This document shows positions 30,195 through 39,234 of a stretch of DNA of 64,000 nt, piece after piece. The stretch comes from a virus. Both the position numbers and the translations under genes were made by a program. Where the stretch lies: IMG/VR virus record IMGVR_UViG_3300017991_000090, positions 1 through 64,000 of that record; one strand, 5' to 3'. The notes beneath the pieces are model-generated. The model made no database searches. It was not told the DNA's origin and worked only from the letters and a program-made list of their open reading frames with translations. The stretch's first letter is position 1. The number at the start of each line of letters is the position of its first letter.

Positions 30195-30600
30195 AATTAA
30201 GTACATGCTAAAGATTGAAATAACGCATCCATTTACTCCTGGCTGAGTGACTGATTGTCTGGTCGTAACATCTGCAGCTTAGCGGGCGCAGCCGGCGGTG
30301 CTGCCGATGTTAGCGACAAAGACATAAAGTCAACGAAGCGTGGTGTAAATGGCATCCGTTTATTAGCCAATATCAGCAAACCGTACATCTGGCGCATCGC
30401 CTCCAAGGGGGTGGTGGGCGCCAAGAGAAGCGCAAACATCAATCCGGCTCCAGCCGGAATTGATGGAAGGGCTTCTATATTGGCGCCGTCCAACCCTCCT
30501 GGAGGCGTAGCTCCGGATGTGTGGTTTGCGCCAATATTTGCGATCTGCTTTTATTTGGTAACACTGAAGAAGCTTCAGCTTATCCCCGTGTACTTTAATT
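30195..30600 (-). ncRNA. Retron-like msr-msd ncRNA, unit E
   Basis: Imperfect IR AATTAAGTACATG/CGTGTACTTTAATT; G.G at 30586/30208; msr CUGAAG-CUU-CUUCAG; two msd hairpins about 30229-30352 and 30366-30541; shares CTAAAGATTGAAATA with unit D. Confidence 0.78.
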
Positions 30601-31632
30601 TCCTTCTTTATCTAATAATGTTTCTGAGCCCTTCTTCTGGGCTGATTCAGTTACTTCTTGCTGTGGCTTGTCAGCATCGGTAGCAAAATTTTCTGCAATT
30701 GATTTCTCATCCTGCTGGTCAAGCGGTACAGCTTCCTCGTCTGGATTTACTTCCAGCAACTTTTGCTCAAGGTCGCCTATATCAAGCATTGACCCAGTAC
30801 CGCCACCGCCTTCTATTCTGGCTTGGTCGACCTGGAATTTTAATCCACGCTTAATAGGCTCCATTACGAGCTGTATGAAATCCGGTGTAGGTATCAGGTC
30901 TGTTATGAAAACATCCCTTCCTCCGGATTTAATCTTTTTATGAATTAAGTATAACTTGGCTCCAAAAAAGCCATCAAATTTTAACGATTTGTTCGCCTCT
31001 CGTTCTTTTATGGAATGTGCAACGCGCAACAGGTTCCATAATTGAGAGATAGAAGATTCAATACCCAAAATGGTATTAATCGATCGTGTCTCAAACCTGT
31101 ATGGATTTGGTGTCATGTCAATAACCGGAAAGCACTTCATAAATCCAATCTCTTTACACTTCTTAGATTGAAAATCAGGACAATCCTTATAAAGACATTT
31201 TCTTTCTGTCCATTCACGGTCTCCATCAGGAGTGAATTTCAAAAACTTAGCCGTATCATTCAAGCCTTGGCTCTGACACAAAAGGCCTTCAGAAGATGAA
31301 TACATAGCCAGCTTACTTTCCCACATCTCTTGAGGTGTTTGGTACAAGCTGACAATTTCAACCCGCCGCGGCGTTTTGCTGTCAAGAGTTGTTTCAAGCG
31401 CTTTTTGAACTGTTTCATTTAGAACCCAGTCTTTTATAACGACCTGCTCTTGTGAACTTCCAACCCTTTTTGTCTGGGTAACTTCCTTCAACATACGGAA
31501 GAAACCAGCAGCTTTGGGCGCATTCTTTTTATTAGGGCCTTCGTTTGGTGCATACCCTGTTGAAATCTTTCCTCTATATTTTATTATCATATGAGGAACG
31601 CCAGCATCGTCGTGAGTTAATCCTTTTATCAT
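30595..31632 (-). CDS. Gp3-like (recombination directionality factor-like) protein
   Basis: MIKGL...GKISTG...C...C-x3-CP...C...FETRSINT pattern; acidic tail. Confidence 0.6.
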   Translation of the reverse strand: MIKGLTHDDAGVPHMIIKYRGKISTGYAPNEGPNKKNAPKAAGFFRMLKEVTQTKRVGSSQEQVVIKDWVLNETVQKALETTLDSKTPRRVEIVSLYQTPQEMWESKLAMYSSSEGLLCQSQGLNDTAKFLKFTPDGDREWTERKCLYKDCPDFQSKKCKEIGFMKCFPVIDMTPNPYRFETRSINTILGIESSISQLWNLLRVAHSIKEREANKSLKFDGFFGAKLYLIHKKIKSGGRDVFITDLIPTPDFIQLVMEPIKRGLKFQVDQARIEGGGGTGSMLDIGDLEQKLLEVNPDEEAVPLDQQDEKSIAENFATDADKPQQEVTESAQKKGSETLLDKEGN

Positions 31633-31653
31633 TATTCCTCCTTCACAAAAGAG

Positions 31654-32412
31654 TTAAAAATCTTCTGTTTTAGAGTCGAGTCCAGGAGTCTCCTGCGATG
31701 CCTTTTCTCCTTCAGCGACAGCTTTATTAGCCATCTCTTCAGCATCAATGTTGCCAGTTTCATTAACGGCTGTGCTGTAATCGAGGTCAGACGGGTCTGA
31801 CTCTTTTGCTTCAGGTTCTTTCTTTGGTTCATTTGACACTGACTTGTCATTTGCCGCTGCTGGCACAATTGTATCAACCCGCAATTTCGGCTGATTGTTG
31901 TACCAGTCATCTACAACCTTAACCATGACCTCCTTCTTCATGTTGTGGTCTCTTACAAGCGTCATGCTTTCGCCCTCACGCTTGAATTCGGGAGTCAGGT
32001 TTTCTACGAGCCATTGCGGCTCCATACGGATTTCTTCATGGCCAAGCATAGCAACCAGTTTCGGCTTCGCCATCCTGGCCATGGTCTGTATAGTTTCTTT
32101 CTTCGCACCGGGAGCTGGTGCCATATTAATGTTGAAGAACATCAACGAGCCTTTCGGCACAAGCGGCGTTCCGTCAACGACCCGTAAGGGTACAACAAGT
32201 TGCAGTACACCCTTCTGAGAGCTTTTGTCAAAACAAGGAAACTGTTTTGCCTCATTGTCCTTGACATAGCCAAAGGTGTCTACTTTCATCCGGTATGTTC
32301 CGGAAACTCCTACATATAGCCTCTCATGGGAACTTGCGTTATCCATAGAGCTTTGAGCCTCTTGGCTCGTCTGTTCGTTTAGAAAATCCTTTACCAGATT
32401 CTCACCACTCAT
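31654..32412 (-). CDS. Putative ssDNA-binding protein
   Basis: GTY-x-M-K-V OB-like start; long acidic tail ending EDF; replication context. Confidence 0.5.
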   Translation of the reverse strand: MSGENLVKDFLNEQTSQEAQSSMDNASSHERLYVGVSGTYRMKVDTFGYVKDNEAKQFPCFDKSSQKGVLQLVVPLRVVDGTPLVPKGSLMFFNINMAPAPGAKKETIQTMARMAKPKLVAMLGHEEIRMEPQWLVENLTPEFKREGESMTLVRDHNMKKEVMVKVVDDWYNNQPKLRVDTIVPAAANDKSVSNEPKKEPEAKESDPSDLDYSTAVNETGNIDAEEMANKAVAEGEKASQETPGLDSKTEDF

Positions 32413-32446
32413 CAGTTACCTCCTGAAAGTTAATATGTACATAATA

Positions 32447-32476
32447 GTTATTACATAAAACATATTCAAAATCACA
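32447..32476 (-). promoter_or_regulatory. Phage promoter motif copy upstream of SSB, Gp3-like gene and ncRNA array
   Basis: TGTGAT-N15-TGTAATAAC. Confidence 0.6.
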
Positions 32477-33070
32477 TTAGAAAGGGAGGTCATCTGCCCA
32501 ATTAGGGTCGTCGTCATGCTCCACAACACTGTCGATGTTGTCATATTCGGCAAGAGCTGCTCTGACATCACCGGGCGTTACAACGTCGAACTCCCAGTCT
32601 AAATAAGTAATGTGTACAGGTTCAACTATTCGATTATTGTAGTCACGATTCCACATCCCGTATTCAATTGTAATCGGGTGCATTTCAAATGATACCTGCA
32701 CAGGATTAAAGCACTTGAATTTATCAAGTATATCCTGCGGTATCGGTTCAGGGTGAATTAATTTATCGACAGCCTTCTCAGACAACTGCAGCTTATTCAT
32801 CATATAACGCTCCAACCAATCCTTTTTAGGATTGACGCGGAATATTGAATGCAGGTACATAAACTGCAATAATTCAGGGTCGTTGTCTAAAAACATGTCC
32901 AATATTTTTTCTCTATCGTCGTTGACACGGTTAAACACCTTAAGGAGGTGCTTATACTGTACTGACGAATTTTTTATACGTTTGCACCATTTCATTTCGA
33001 TAAAGTATTCCAAACATTCCTGGGTGTACTTTGCATCAAGACTGTCCCAATCAACCCGCTTCTTGTGCAT
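32477..33070 (-). CDS. Hypothetical protein with acidic tail ending DDLPF
   Basis: ORF coupled to the primase-helicase; SSB-like C-terminal motif; start uncertain. Confidence 0.5.
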   Translation of the reverse strand: MHKKRVDWDSLDAKYTQECLEYFIEMKWCKRIKNSSVQYKHLLKVFNRVNDDREKILDMFLDNDPELLQFMYLHSIFRVNPKKDWLERYMMNKLQLSEKAVDKLIHPEPIPQDILDKFKCFNPVQVSFEMHPITIEYGMWNRDYNNRIVEPVHITYLDWEFDVVTPGDVRAALAEYDNIDSVVEHDDDPNWADDLPF

Positions 33071-36000
33071 CAGAATGTTCGTCACTCGACAAATGGTCTT
33101 CGAGTTTCTTAATGACATCAGCATCCGATTCATGCTGTGTAATTTCGAGTATATCCGAGAGTTCTCTTTCATCTTTGTTTGCTACCATGTCAGACAACCA
33201 CTCATTAAATGCTGGTGTTTTACGATAAGTCGACTTGGCCCTGACAAGGCACCTCCTTATGATTAAAGTGTTAATAAGTTTTTGAGTTCCGATGTTTACA
33301 GGCATCCCTGTCGACTTAAAATCATCGTTTGACGCATCGACCATTAATAGTTCGCGGTCATACACCCTTTGTAAATAATCACAGAACAGTTGCTGTAAAG
33401 ATTTGTCCGTAAACTCTTCTTCCAGCAATAAAGACCTGGGGTTGATATACTTGATGATATTTTCCATAAACCTCATATCGCCAAGAGATTCCAAATCCTT
33501 CTGCTGCTCCGAATATATGTCAAGCTGCATATTTGGATGGCAGTACAGCTTAATTAATAAATTCATTACAAATTCAATGTGTTCCTTTTTTACTAATACC
33601 TTATTCCAGTCATCATCTGGTGTAGAGTACATCATTGCTGCTACAGAAGTCCCCATCCTCGTCAGCTTGAGCCGTGTTTCATGGTTAATAAGCTGGGTGT
33701 TGGTGTGGAACTTATTCAGCAATTTTTTCTGGCAAGAGTTGATATATTTTTCTATACCCTCTTCATAGACCACTTCTTTTGGAGAGCGTGAGTGCGTCCA
33801 CATCAGAAGGTACCTTGATTGAAACTCCGTAAACTCGGTGAGCAGCGGAGTATATATCGGCGTGAACGAGTCGTCTTTTATATCGCTCTGCTTCACAATC
33901 CATGCTACATCGAACCGCGAAAGGATCTCATCCTTAAAGCAAAGGTGTTTTAGAAACCTGACCCCGTTACCGAACGACGCAGCTTTATCAGACGTCCATG
34001 CCCGGGGGTTTGATAGGAAAATCTTCCTTACCCGTGCAGGAGCCTTCTTGCAACCAGCCACAGTGGTTACATCAGCTATTCCAGAAGAACGAAGAGATGT
34101 TATCCCATTCAGCGCGTCCTGATTTATATTACTTAATTCATCGATAACGACTACGCCGCCATCATTCATAACCATCTTCCCCCATGAAACAACCGGTTTA
34201 TTCTTGGTATATTTTATACCACCCAATAGCCCTGCCCTGGTAACAGCGCTCGAACCGGCAATCAGGTCTCCAACCTTATAGTGATTCATTAGGAATTGAC
34301 TTATCATAGTTTTACAACATCGTGATTCCCCGCCTATTAATACTTCAACCCATCCTCTTTTAAGAGAAGGGAACAGGGTCTTGTTATCCAATTCGAGCTG
34401 TGAGAAGAATGCCAGGTCGTTAAGAAGAAACATCTCCCTCCTTCCATTGACACCGGCTGCCTGGGCAAATATATCATATCTGCGTTCAAGAGCCTGCTCA
34501 ACAGTCTCACCTTCTTTTGGTCTGAACACTTTCAATATGTCATGTGTTTCCTGGTCCATTACAAAATTTTCGGTCGAGGTTGCTATTGGTTCAGCTTTAT
34601 GGGCAAAAAGCACAGCCCTGGAATCGTTTGGCGCCCGTGTTTGAACGCCTTTGAATTTATACGACCTGTTCGGGTAAACGTCCATATCTCCAACAATGTA
34701 AGCGTCCATTTCTATAGCAGAGCTTTCCATAGCCTTACTCAAGATACCCTCTCCATACTCAGACACATCCCTTGTCAAGCGTACACGTAACAGCTTTTCA
34801 AATGTTTTGTTGGTAATGCTGACAAAGTTACAACTCGGATTTATTCCGGCCAGCTTTTTAATGTACATATCACGCTTATCGTCAGACACTTCTATCATAC
34901 TCAGAATGTCGTGGGTGTTTATTTTAATACACCCGAGATTGTTATAATGCTCTTTTGGTATATTGCCATTTACCAACACAAACTCTATCTCAGGAGACTC
35001 TCTAAATTCTGGAAAGCTTGGCAGCACACACTTCTTACACGATGCGTACAATGTACTTGAAGGGCACCCAGTATGTTTACAGCTCATAGACAGCTCTTCC
35101 GGATAAAGATATGCTGCGTCAATAAAGTCACCAACAGACGCAACCATTTCAAGAATTTTGCTGTCATCATGTGACGAATACCTCGGCAGCCTCGACTCCT
35201 GAAGAGTAACCTTGTATAGCTCTGTTTTGACACGTTCTACATTTTCAGTATAAACCGGAGTGTTCTTAACAAGAGAAAGAAACCTCTGAGTAGCGAGTTC
35301 GTCGAATCCATTCTTCTCCATAAAATCAGTGAAGTCCTTCTCCGCACGTTTCATCTTCTTGTTACCCTTGGCGTTGGTAACCTCCACCATCTTCTCCGGG
35401 TCAAGCCCGAACGGGTTGTCCTTAGATTTATCGAGGTTGACAATCTTAATCTGTTTTGCGTAAGGATACAGTGACTTGGCAAGCTTCTTCGCCCCGGCAA
35501 TACCGGTTTCATCGGAGTCCAGGCATATGATAATCTCTTTGTCGGTAAACAGCTGTCGCGCTTTTTTCTCACCGAACACCTTAACGACGTCGGTATTACG
35601 CTCGGCACCCATAGTCACAGCACCTTCGATGCCGTGGGCGATGCCGCAGTACATGTCCGGCTCACCGCCGAAGAACATAATCTGGCTCTTGGTGAAGTTG
35701 TTCATGGGCGATGGGAGTATCTCCCGGCCCTTGTGCAGGAACAGCCATTTAAAGGCTCTATTCGTATTGAAGGGATCATACACCTTCAGATTTATCAGGT
35801 CGCCGTCAGCGTGTATCATTGGGAAAATATACCTGCGCCGGCCATCCAGGCCGATGCGGAAGTTCCTGACCATATCCTCATCGATACGCCTTTTATCATA
35901 CAGGTAGGAGAGCCTGTCAGGGTCGTTCAAGAGATTGTTGACGTATCCATCCAGTTCTTCCATCGGAAGTGATGAGACAGCCTTCGCTTCCTGTGCAAGC

Positions 36001-36476
36001 TGTTCTGAAAGAACAAACGGCTTACCCTTGGCTGTTTTATGCTTTTTCTGGCATTTTGAATACAGCTCATATAACTGCTGATTCCATTCATCCTCACCGT
36101 CATTAAATGTGGTTGAGAACCGTATACCGGTTTGTGACTCGTTAATACTGAGAAAGTCAATAAGAAAATCGGAGTAGTGATCACCCCACTGGCTTGTTCC
36201 TTTAAGATATTCAGTCCAGTATTTCTGGAAGTTCCCCTTCTCTCCGCATGTATGGCAATAGTACTGCCCAGTGTCGTTGTTTACTGACATGGAGGCGTGT
36301 GAATCGACCCCCTGAGAATGCGCTCCAGCGTTGATACAGCGGAAGTTTTTGTTCGCGTCCTGATACCATCCGAGGCGTTTATATATCTCGTGATAATCGC
36401 CCGACATCAGCATTTCGGCAGTTGCAAATAAAATTTTCAAATCTGCCTTTTTTAACTTATATTTATTGTTGGACAA
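33051..36476 (-). CDS. Zn-finger/TOPRIM primase fused to MCM-type AAA+ helicase
   Basis: C...H...CHTC Zn finger; DSD TOPRIM; GESRCCKT Walker A, GGVVVIDE, LSNP, ILSRFD MCM motifs. Confidence 0.85.
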   Translation of the reverse strand: MSNNKYKLKKADLKILFATAEMLMSGDYHEIYKRLGWYQDANKNFRCINAGAHSQGVDSHASMSVNNDTGQYYCHTCGEKGNFQKYWTEYLKGTSQWGDHYSDFLIDFLSINESQTGIRFSTTFNDGEDEWNQQLYELYSKCQKKHKTAKGKPFVLSEQLAQEAKAVSSLPMEELDGYVNNLLNDPDRLSYLYDKRRIDEDMVRNFRIGLDGRRRYIFPMIHADGDLINLKVYDPFNTNRAFKWLFLHKGREILPSPMNNFTKSQIMFFGGEPDMYCGIAHGIEGAVTMGAERNTDVVKVFGEKKARQLFTDKEIIICLDSDETGIAGAKKLAKSLYPYAKQIKIVNLDKSKDNPFGLDPEKMVEVTNAKGNKKMKRAEKDFTDFMEKNGFDELATQRFLSLVKNTPVYTENVERVKTELYKVTLQESRLPRYSSHDDSKILEMVASVGDFIDAAYLYPEELSMSCKHTGCPSSTLYASCKKCVLPSFPEFRESPEIEFVLVNGNIPKEHYNNLGCIKINTHDILSMIEVSDDKRDMYIKKLAGINPSCNFVSITNKTFEKLLRVRLTRDVSEYGEGILSKAMESSAIEMDAYIVGDMDVYPNRSYKFKGVQTRAPNDSRAVLFAHKAEPIATSTENFVMDQETHDILKVFRPKEGETVEQALERRYDIFAQAAGVNGRREMFLLNDLAFFSQLELDNKTLFPSLKRGWVEVLIGGESRCCKTMISQFLMNHYKVGDLIAGSSAVTRAGLLGGIKYTKNKPVVSWGKMVMNDGGVVVIDELSNINQDALNGITSLRSSGIADVTTVAGCKKAPARVRKIFLSNPRAWTSDKAASFGNGVRFLKHLCFKDEILSRFDVAWIVKQSDIKDDSFTPIYTPLLTEFTEFQSRYLLMWTHSRSPKEVVYEEGIEKYINSCQKKLLNKFHTNTQLINHETRLKLTRMGTSVAAMMYSTPDDDWNKVLVKKEHIEFVMNLLIKLYCHPNMQLDIYSEQQKDLESLGDMRFMENIIKYINPRSLLLEEEFTDKSLQQLFCDYLQRVYDRELLMVDASNDDFKSTGMPVNIGTQKLINTLIIRRCLVRAKSTYRKTPAFNEWLSDMVANKDERELSDILEITQHESDADVIKKLEDHLSSDEHSDAQEAG

Positions 36477-36556
36477 TGTTCCTCCTTTTTTGAGACAAAA
36501 ATGGACAGAAATGTAAAGGGCTCTTGCTGTTTCGGCAGGAGCCCTTTAATAGTTAT

Positions 36557-36847
36557 TTACGGCGTTTTGTTTTCTTCGCTGGCTATATCTGTTAAAGACG
36601 GTGAATCTTTTTTCTCTTCTTCTTCAACAATCTCTTCAGCCTTTCCATCTGACAACTTAATAGTTCGCATCATGGTAGGCTTGACCATTATGTTGTTGCT
36701 TCTCATCTTATCTACGATGAAACTTCCAATACATTTTTCGCCAATAAATAGGCCTACTTCGGACCTGTCTCCGAAGCCTGGAATCTCGCGCATCATCAGG
36801 TCGATGCCATTTGCTAATTTGTGAGTATGAACGTGATTGCCCTGCAT
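36557..36847 (-). CDS. Hypothetical protein
   Basis: ORF with own sigma70-like promoter and downstream hairpin. Confidence 0.5.
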   Translation of the reverse strand: MQGNHVHTHKLANGIDLMMREIPGFGDRSEVGLFIGEKCIGSFIVDKMRSNNIMVKPTMMRTIKLSDGKAEEIVEEEEKKDSPSLTDIASEENKTP

Positions 36848-36891
36848 GAGCCACCCTTTCATGGAAAAAATTAATAAACTTGGTAATTAAC

Positions 36892-36920
36892 AATCTACAG
36901 CTTTGGAGCGAGAAAGTCAA
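36892..36920 (-). promoter_or_regulatory. sigma70-like promoter TTGACT-N17-TAGATT
   Basis: Near-consensus -35/-10 with 17-bp spacer. Confidence 0.5.
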
Positions 36921-36957
36921 ATACAATATGTAAAAAGTAGACCACAACATGTAGAGA

Positions 36958-37494
36958 TTATTCTACCTTTAGACCCTTTAGTCCCATATGTTGTATCATG
37001 TGTATGAGCACTTCCGCATTCCCTTGTGCATCGTGAACCGGGTTATGATCGTGAGGTGTCTTCCGGAGCTTCTTAAATTCTCTATTTCGAAAATCGTTCT
37101 TTTGGCCCCGGAAAATGTCCTGAAGGTTGCGAGATGTATGCCCAAACGGGTCTTCACCGTAAAAGTGCATGCAATACCAATGCACGAACATATAGTCAAA
37201 CCCGTTATTGTCTGAAAAGAACATGGGCCTTGTATTAGGTGTGTTGGTATTGTTCACCCAATCAATGAACATTCCAATGCCATCACAAGCAGAGTGCTCA
37301 AAGGCAAAAGTGTTCCGTCTTGAATAGCCTGTGACATTCAACGCCTCTTGCACAAAATGATGAGATATTGGTCTCATCTGAATTCGAAATGTCACATCCA
37401 GCTTAGCTGTTAATTTTACAGCACCTATCTCTATCATGCTGTAGTCTCCCGGTATTGGGCCATCTGCTTCGATATCAACTATGTAAGCGCTCAT
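36958..37494 (-). CDS. DEDDh 3'-5' exonuclease (Rv2179c/RNase AS-like)
   Basis: VDIEADGP, NGFD, HNPVHDA motifs. Confidence 0.8.
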   Translation of the reverse strand: MSAYIVDIEADGPIPGDYSMIEIGAVKLTAKLDVTFRIQMRPISHHFVQEALNVTGYSRRNTFAFEHSACDGIGMFIDWVNNTNTPNTRPMFFSDNNGFDYMFVHWYCMHFYGEDPFGHTSRNLQDIFRGQKNDFRNREFKKLRKTPHDHNPVHDAQGNAEVLIHMIQHMGLKGLKVE

Positions 37495-37738
37495 TGATTC
37501 TCTTTTTCACCTCCATTTGATTAATAATATCATTAACGCAATCTATTAAATTCCTACCATACACCATAGGATATTCCTCTGCCCTTTCAGAGTCAGTTGC
37601 GCTTAATCGGCATGTTACCCCTGCCTCAAGATATTGAACTCCTCCAGGAACCTTGTCCCTCCAGTTATCAAAACTGATTGTCATTTTATGAGCCTTGCAC
37701 CACCGTATAGCCTGACTATTCCGTTTTATTTTAGCCAT
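37475..37738 (-). CDS. Hypothetical protein
   Basis: GGAGGAG RBS. Confidence 0.5.
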   Translation of the reverse strand: MAKIKRNSQAIRWCKAHKMTISFDNWRDKVPGGVQYLEAGVTCRLSATDSERAEEYPMVYGRNLIDCVNDIINQMEVKKRINERLHS

Positions 37739-38019
37739 TATAACTCCTCCAACGGAAACTGTGCGCCACACGTACCAACGATGCACTGAACAAAATCTCC
37801 AGTATCATCAATTGTAAATATATGTTCACATTTTTCACGCTTAAGCAAGCCATGCAGGTTGAAGTCATTAACACAGTCAGTAAGAAGCCCTATCCCTGTT
37901 TTCTCGGATACCAATGGTACGATATGGTTCGCCATTAAATCTCCGACTTGATCCATCGTTTCGTCACTAATATCATTCTCAGGAATGATGATAATAACTA
38001 AACTACTTTTTTTCATCAT
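37738..38019 (-). CDS. Hypothetical protein
   Basis: AAGGAGG RBS; coupled. Confidence 0.5.
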   Translation of the reverse strand: MMKKSSLVIIIIPENDISDETMDQVGDLMANHIVPLVSEKTGIGLLTDCVNDFNLHGLLKREKCEHIFTIDDTGDFVQCIVGTCGAQFPLEEL

Positions 38020-38350
38020 CCTCCTTCAATTTTGAAAAGAAATGGTTTTTAGTTTCATCGTTTAAGTCAGCTTTCGCAAATTTTTGCAGACAATGTACGC
38101 AAATCATACACGGTTTTTCAGCGCCATCAAACTCAACGAGTTCATGCTCTTTCCTGGTGCATTTATGCGGGTTGTCCAGTAAGTCCTGTAAAGTCACAAT
38201 AATTGGAAGCTTGACCTTTTCAGTCAGCTTTTTGGCAACTATGTTCACGGTATTATAAACAAGTTTCCACTCATCGATAGTCATTTGGAACGCAGTCGTT
38301 ACAATTATCGACGGGTTGCTCATTTTTGGAATGTGTTTAAAATGTTCCAT
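38003..38350 (-). CDS. Hypothetical protein with Cys/His cluster
   Basis: AAGGAG RBS; CMICVHC. Confidence 0.55.
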   Translation of the reverse strand: MEHFKHIPKMSNPSIIVTTAFQMTIDEWKLVYNTVNIVAKKLTEKVKLPIIVTLQDLLDNPHKCTRKEHELVEFDGAEKPCMICVHCLQKFAKADLNDETKNHFFSKLKEDDEKK

Positions 38351-38402
38351 AATTCTCCTTAGTTAAAAAAAAAGAGGGTCCGAAGACCCTCCAATTCGTT
38401 GC

Positions 38403-38447
38403 TTACTTACCAGTAATACGTTTTATTAATATCCAGTAAGCGAACAT
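38403..38447 (-). CDS. Micro-ORF MFAYWILIKRITGK (14 aa)
   Basis: GGAGGTG RBS; followed by a terminator. Confidence 0.3.
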   Translation of the reverse strand: MFAYWILIKRITGK

Positions 38448-38463
38448 ATTCACCACCTCCAAT

Positions 38464-39057
38464 TTATTGAACAACTACAGGAGCATTTTCTGATGGCGCC
38501 TCTTCTAAAGCTTTTTCTTTCTGGACATACTCTTTACGCCTCTGTCTCTTACTTGGGTAGTGCCTGTGTTCAAAGAAATGCTGTTGCTGAATTACAGCAT
38601 TTACAATTCGTCCTTCAAAATTAAGGACCACAAGCTTACCGCCACCTTCCATGGTTACGATAGCGGAGTTACCTGACCTGAGTGTGATTAGGCTATCAAC
38701 CCAGCTTTTTTTGTATCCATAACCGGTACAAATTGCCTCTTGTTTGTGGCCGGTCTGGAACCATTTGCCTTTTACTTTGCTGACCTGTCGCTTAGTGTCA
38801 GCGATTGTTAAGATTCGCAATAATACCGTCGGACTTTTCCGATCGGCCTTGATTAATTTTGGCTTTTCTGACATTTGATCAATTGTGCAGAATGCGTCGT
38901 AAACTACTCCATCCTTGATGAGTGGTGGGTTGTCTTCGTCATAAAACAATTTAAACCCTTTGCATGATTCCCCGCTGGCCCCGAAAAATACGTGGCTTCC
39001 GTCGGTTAATTGCAGTCCTTTCTTCAGCTCTTGGTGAATGAGGCTATAACACTCCAT
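38464..39057 (-). CDS. Hypothetical protein, first gene of the leftward block
   Basis: AAGGAG RBS; downstream of the promoter motif. Confidence 0.6.
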   Translation of the reverse strand: MECYSLIHQELKKGLQLTDGSHVFFGASGESCKGFKLFYDEDNPPLIKDGVVYDAFCTIDQMSEKPKLIKADRKSPTVLLRILTIADTKRQVSKVKGKWFQTGHKQEAICTGYGYKKSWVDSLITLRSGNSAIVTMEGGGKLVVLNFEGRIVNAVIQQQHFFEHRHYPSKRQRRKEYVQKEKALEEAPSENAPVVVQ

Positions 39058-39128
39058 CTTAAGTAACTCCTTTTTTTTAATGTTGAGGTGGGGAAATAAA
39101 AATTTTGGTTAAAAACTCTTCTATTATT

Positions 39129-39157
39129 GGTATACCAACTTTTTTAAAATAATCACA
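39129..39157 (-). promoter_or_regulatory. Phage promoter motif copy
   Basis: TGTGAT-N14-TGGTATACC. Confidence 0.6.
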
Positions 39158-39166
39158 TTTAGTGAT

Positions 39167-39195
39167 TTGCTATAATAGTACATTAATGCTATATT
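39167..39195 (+). promoter_or_regulatory. sigma70-like promoter of the RNAP gene, TTGCTA-N17-TATATT
   Basis: Matches the + strand promoter class. Confidence 0.55.
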
Positions 39196-39234
39196 TATTA
39201 TGACACCCTTTTTTCAATTTATCAGAGAAGCGCC

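Noticed and set aside
29354-30600. CRISPR array or MITE/REP cluster
   Set aside because: No regularly spaced identical repeats, no cas genes, no target-site duplications; arms differ per unit and the internal layout matches retron ncRNA.
29340-30683. Several 60-140 aa ORFs on both strands in the ORF track
   Set aside because: No RBS, atypical composition, mutually overlapping; better explained as by-products of GC-rich hairpins in the ncRNA array.
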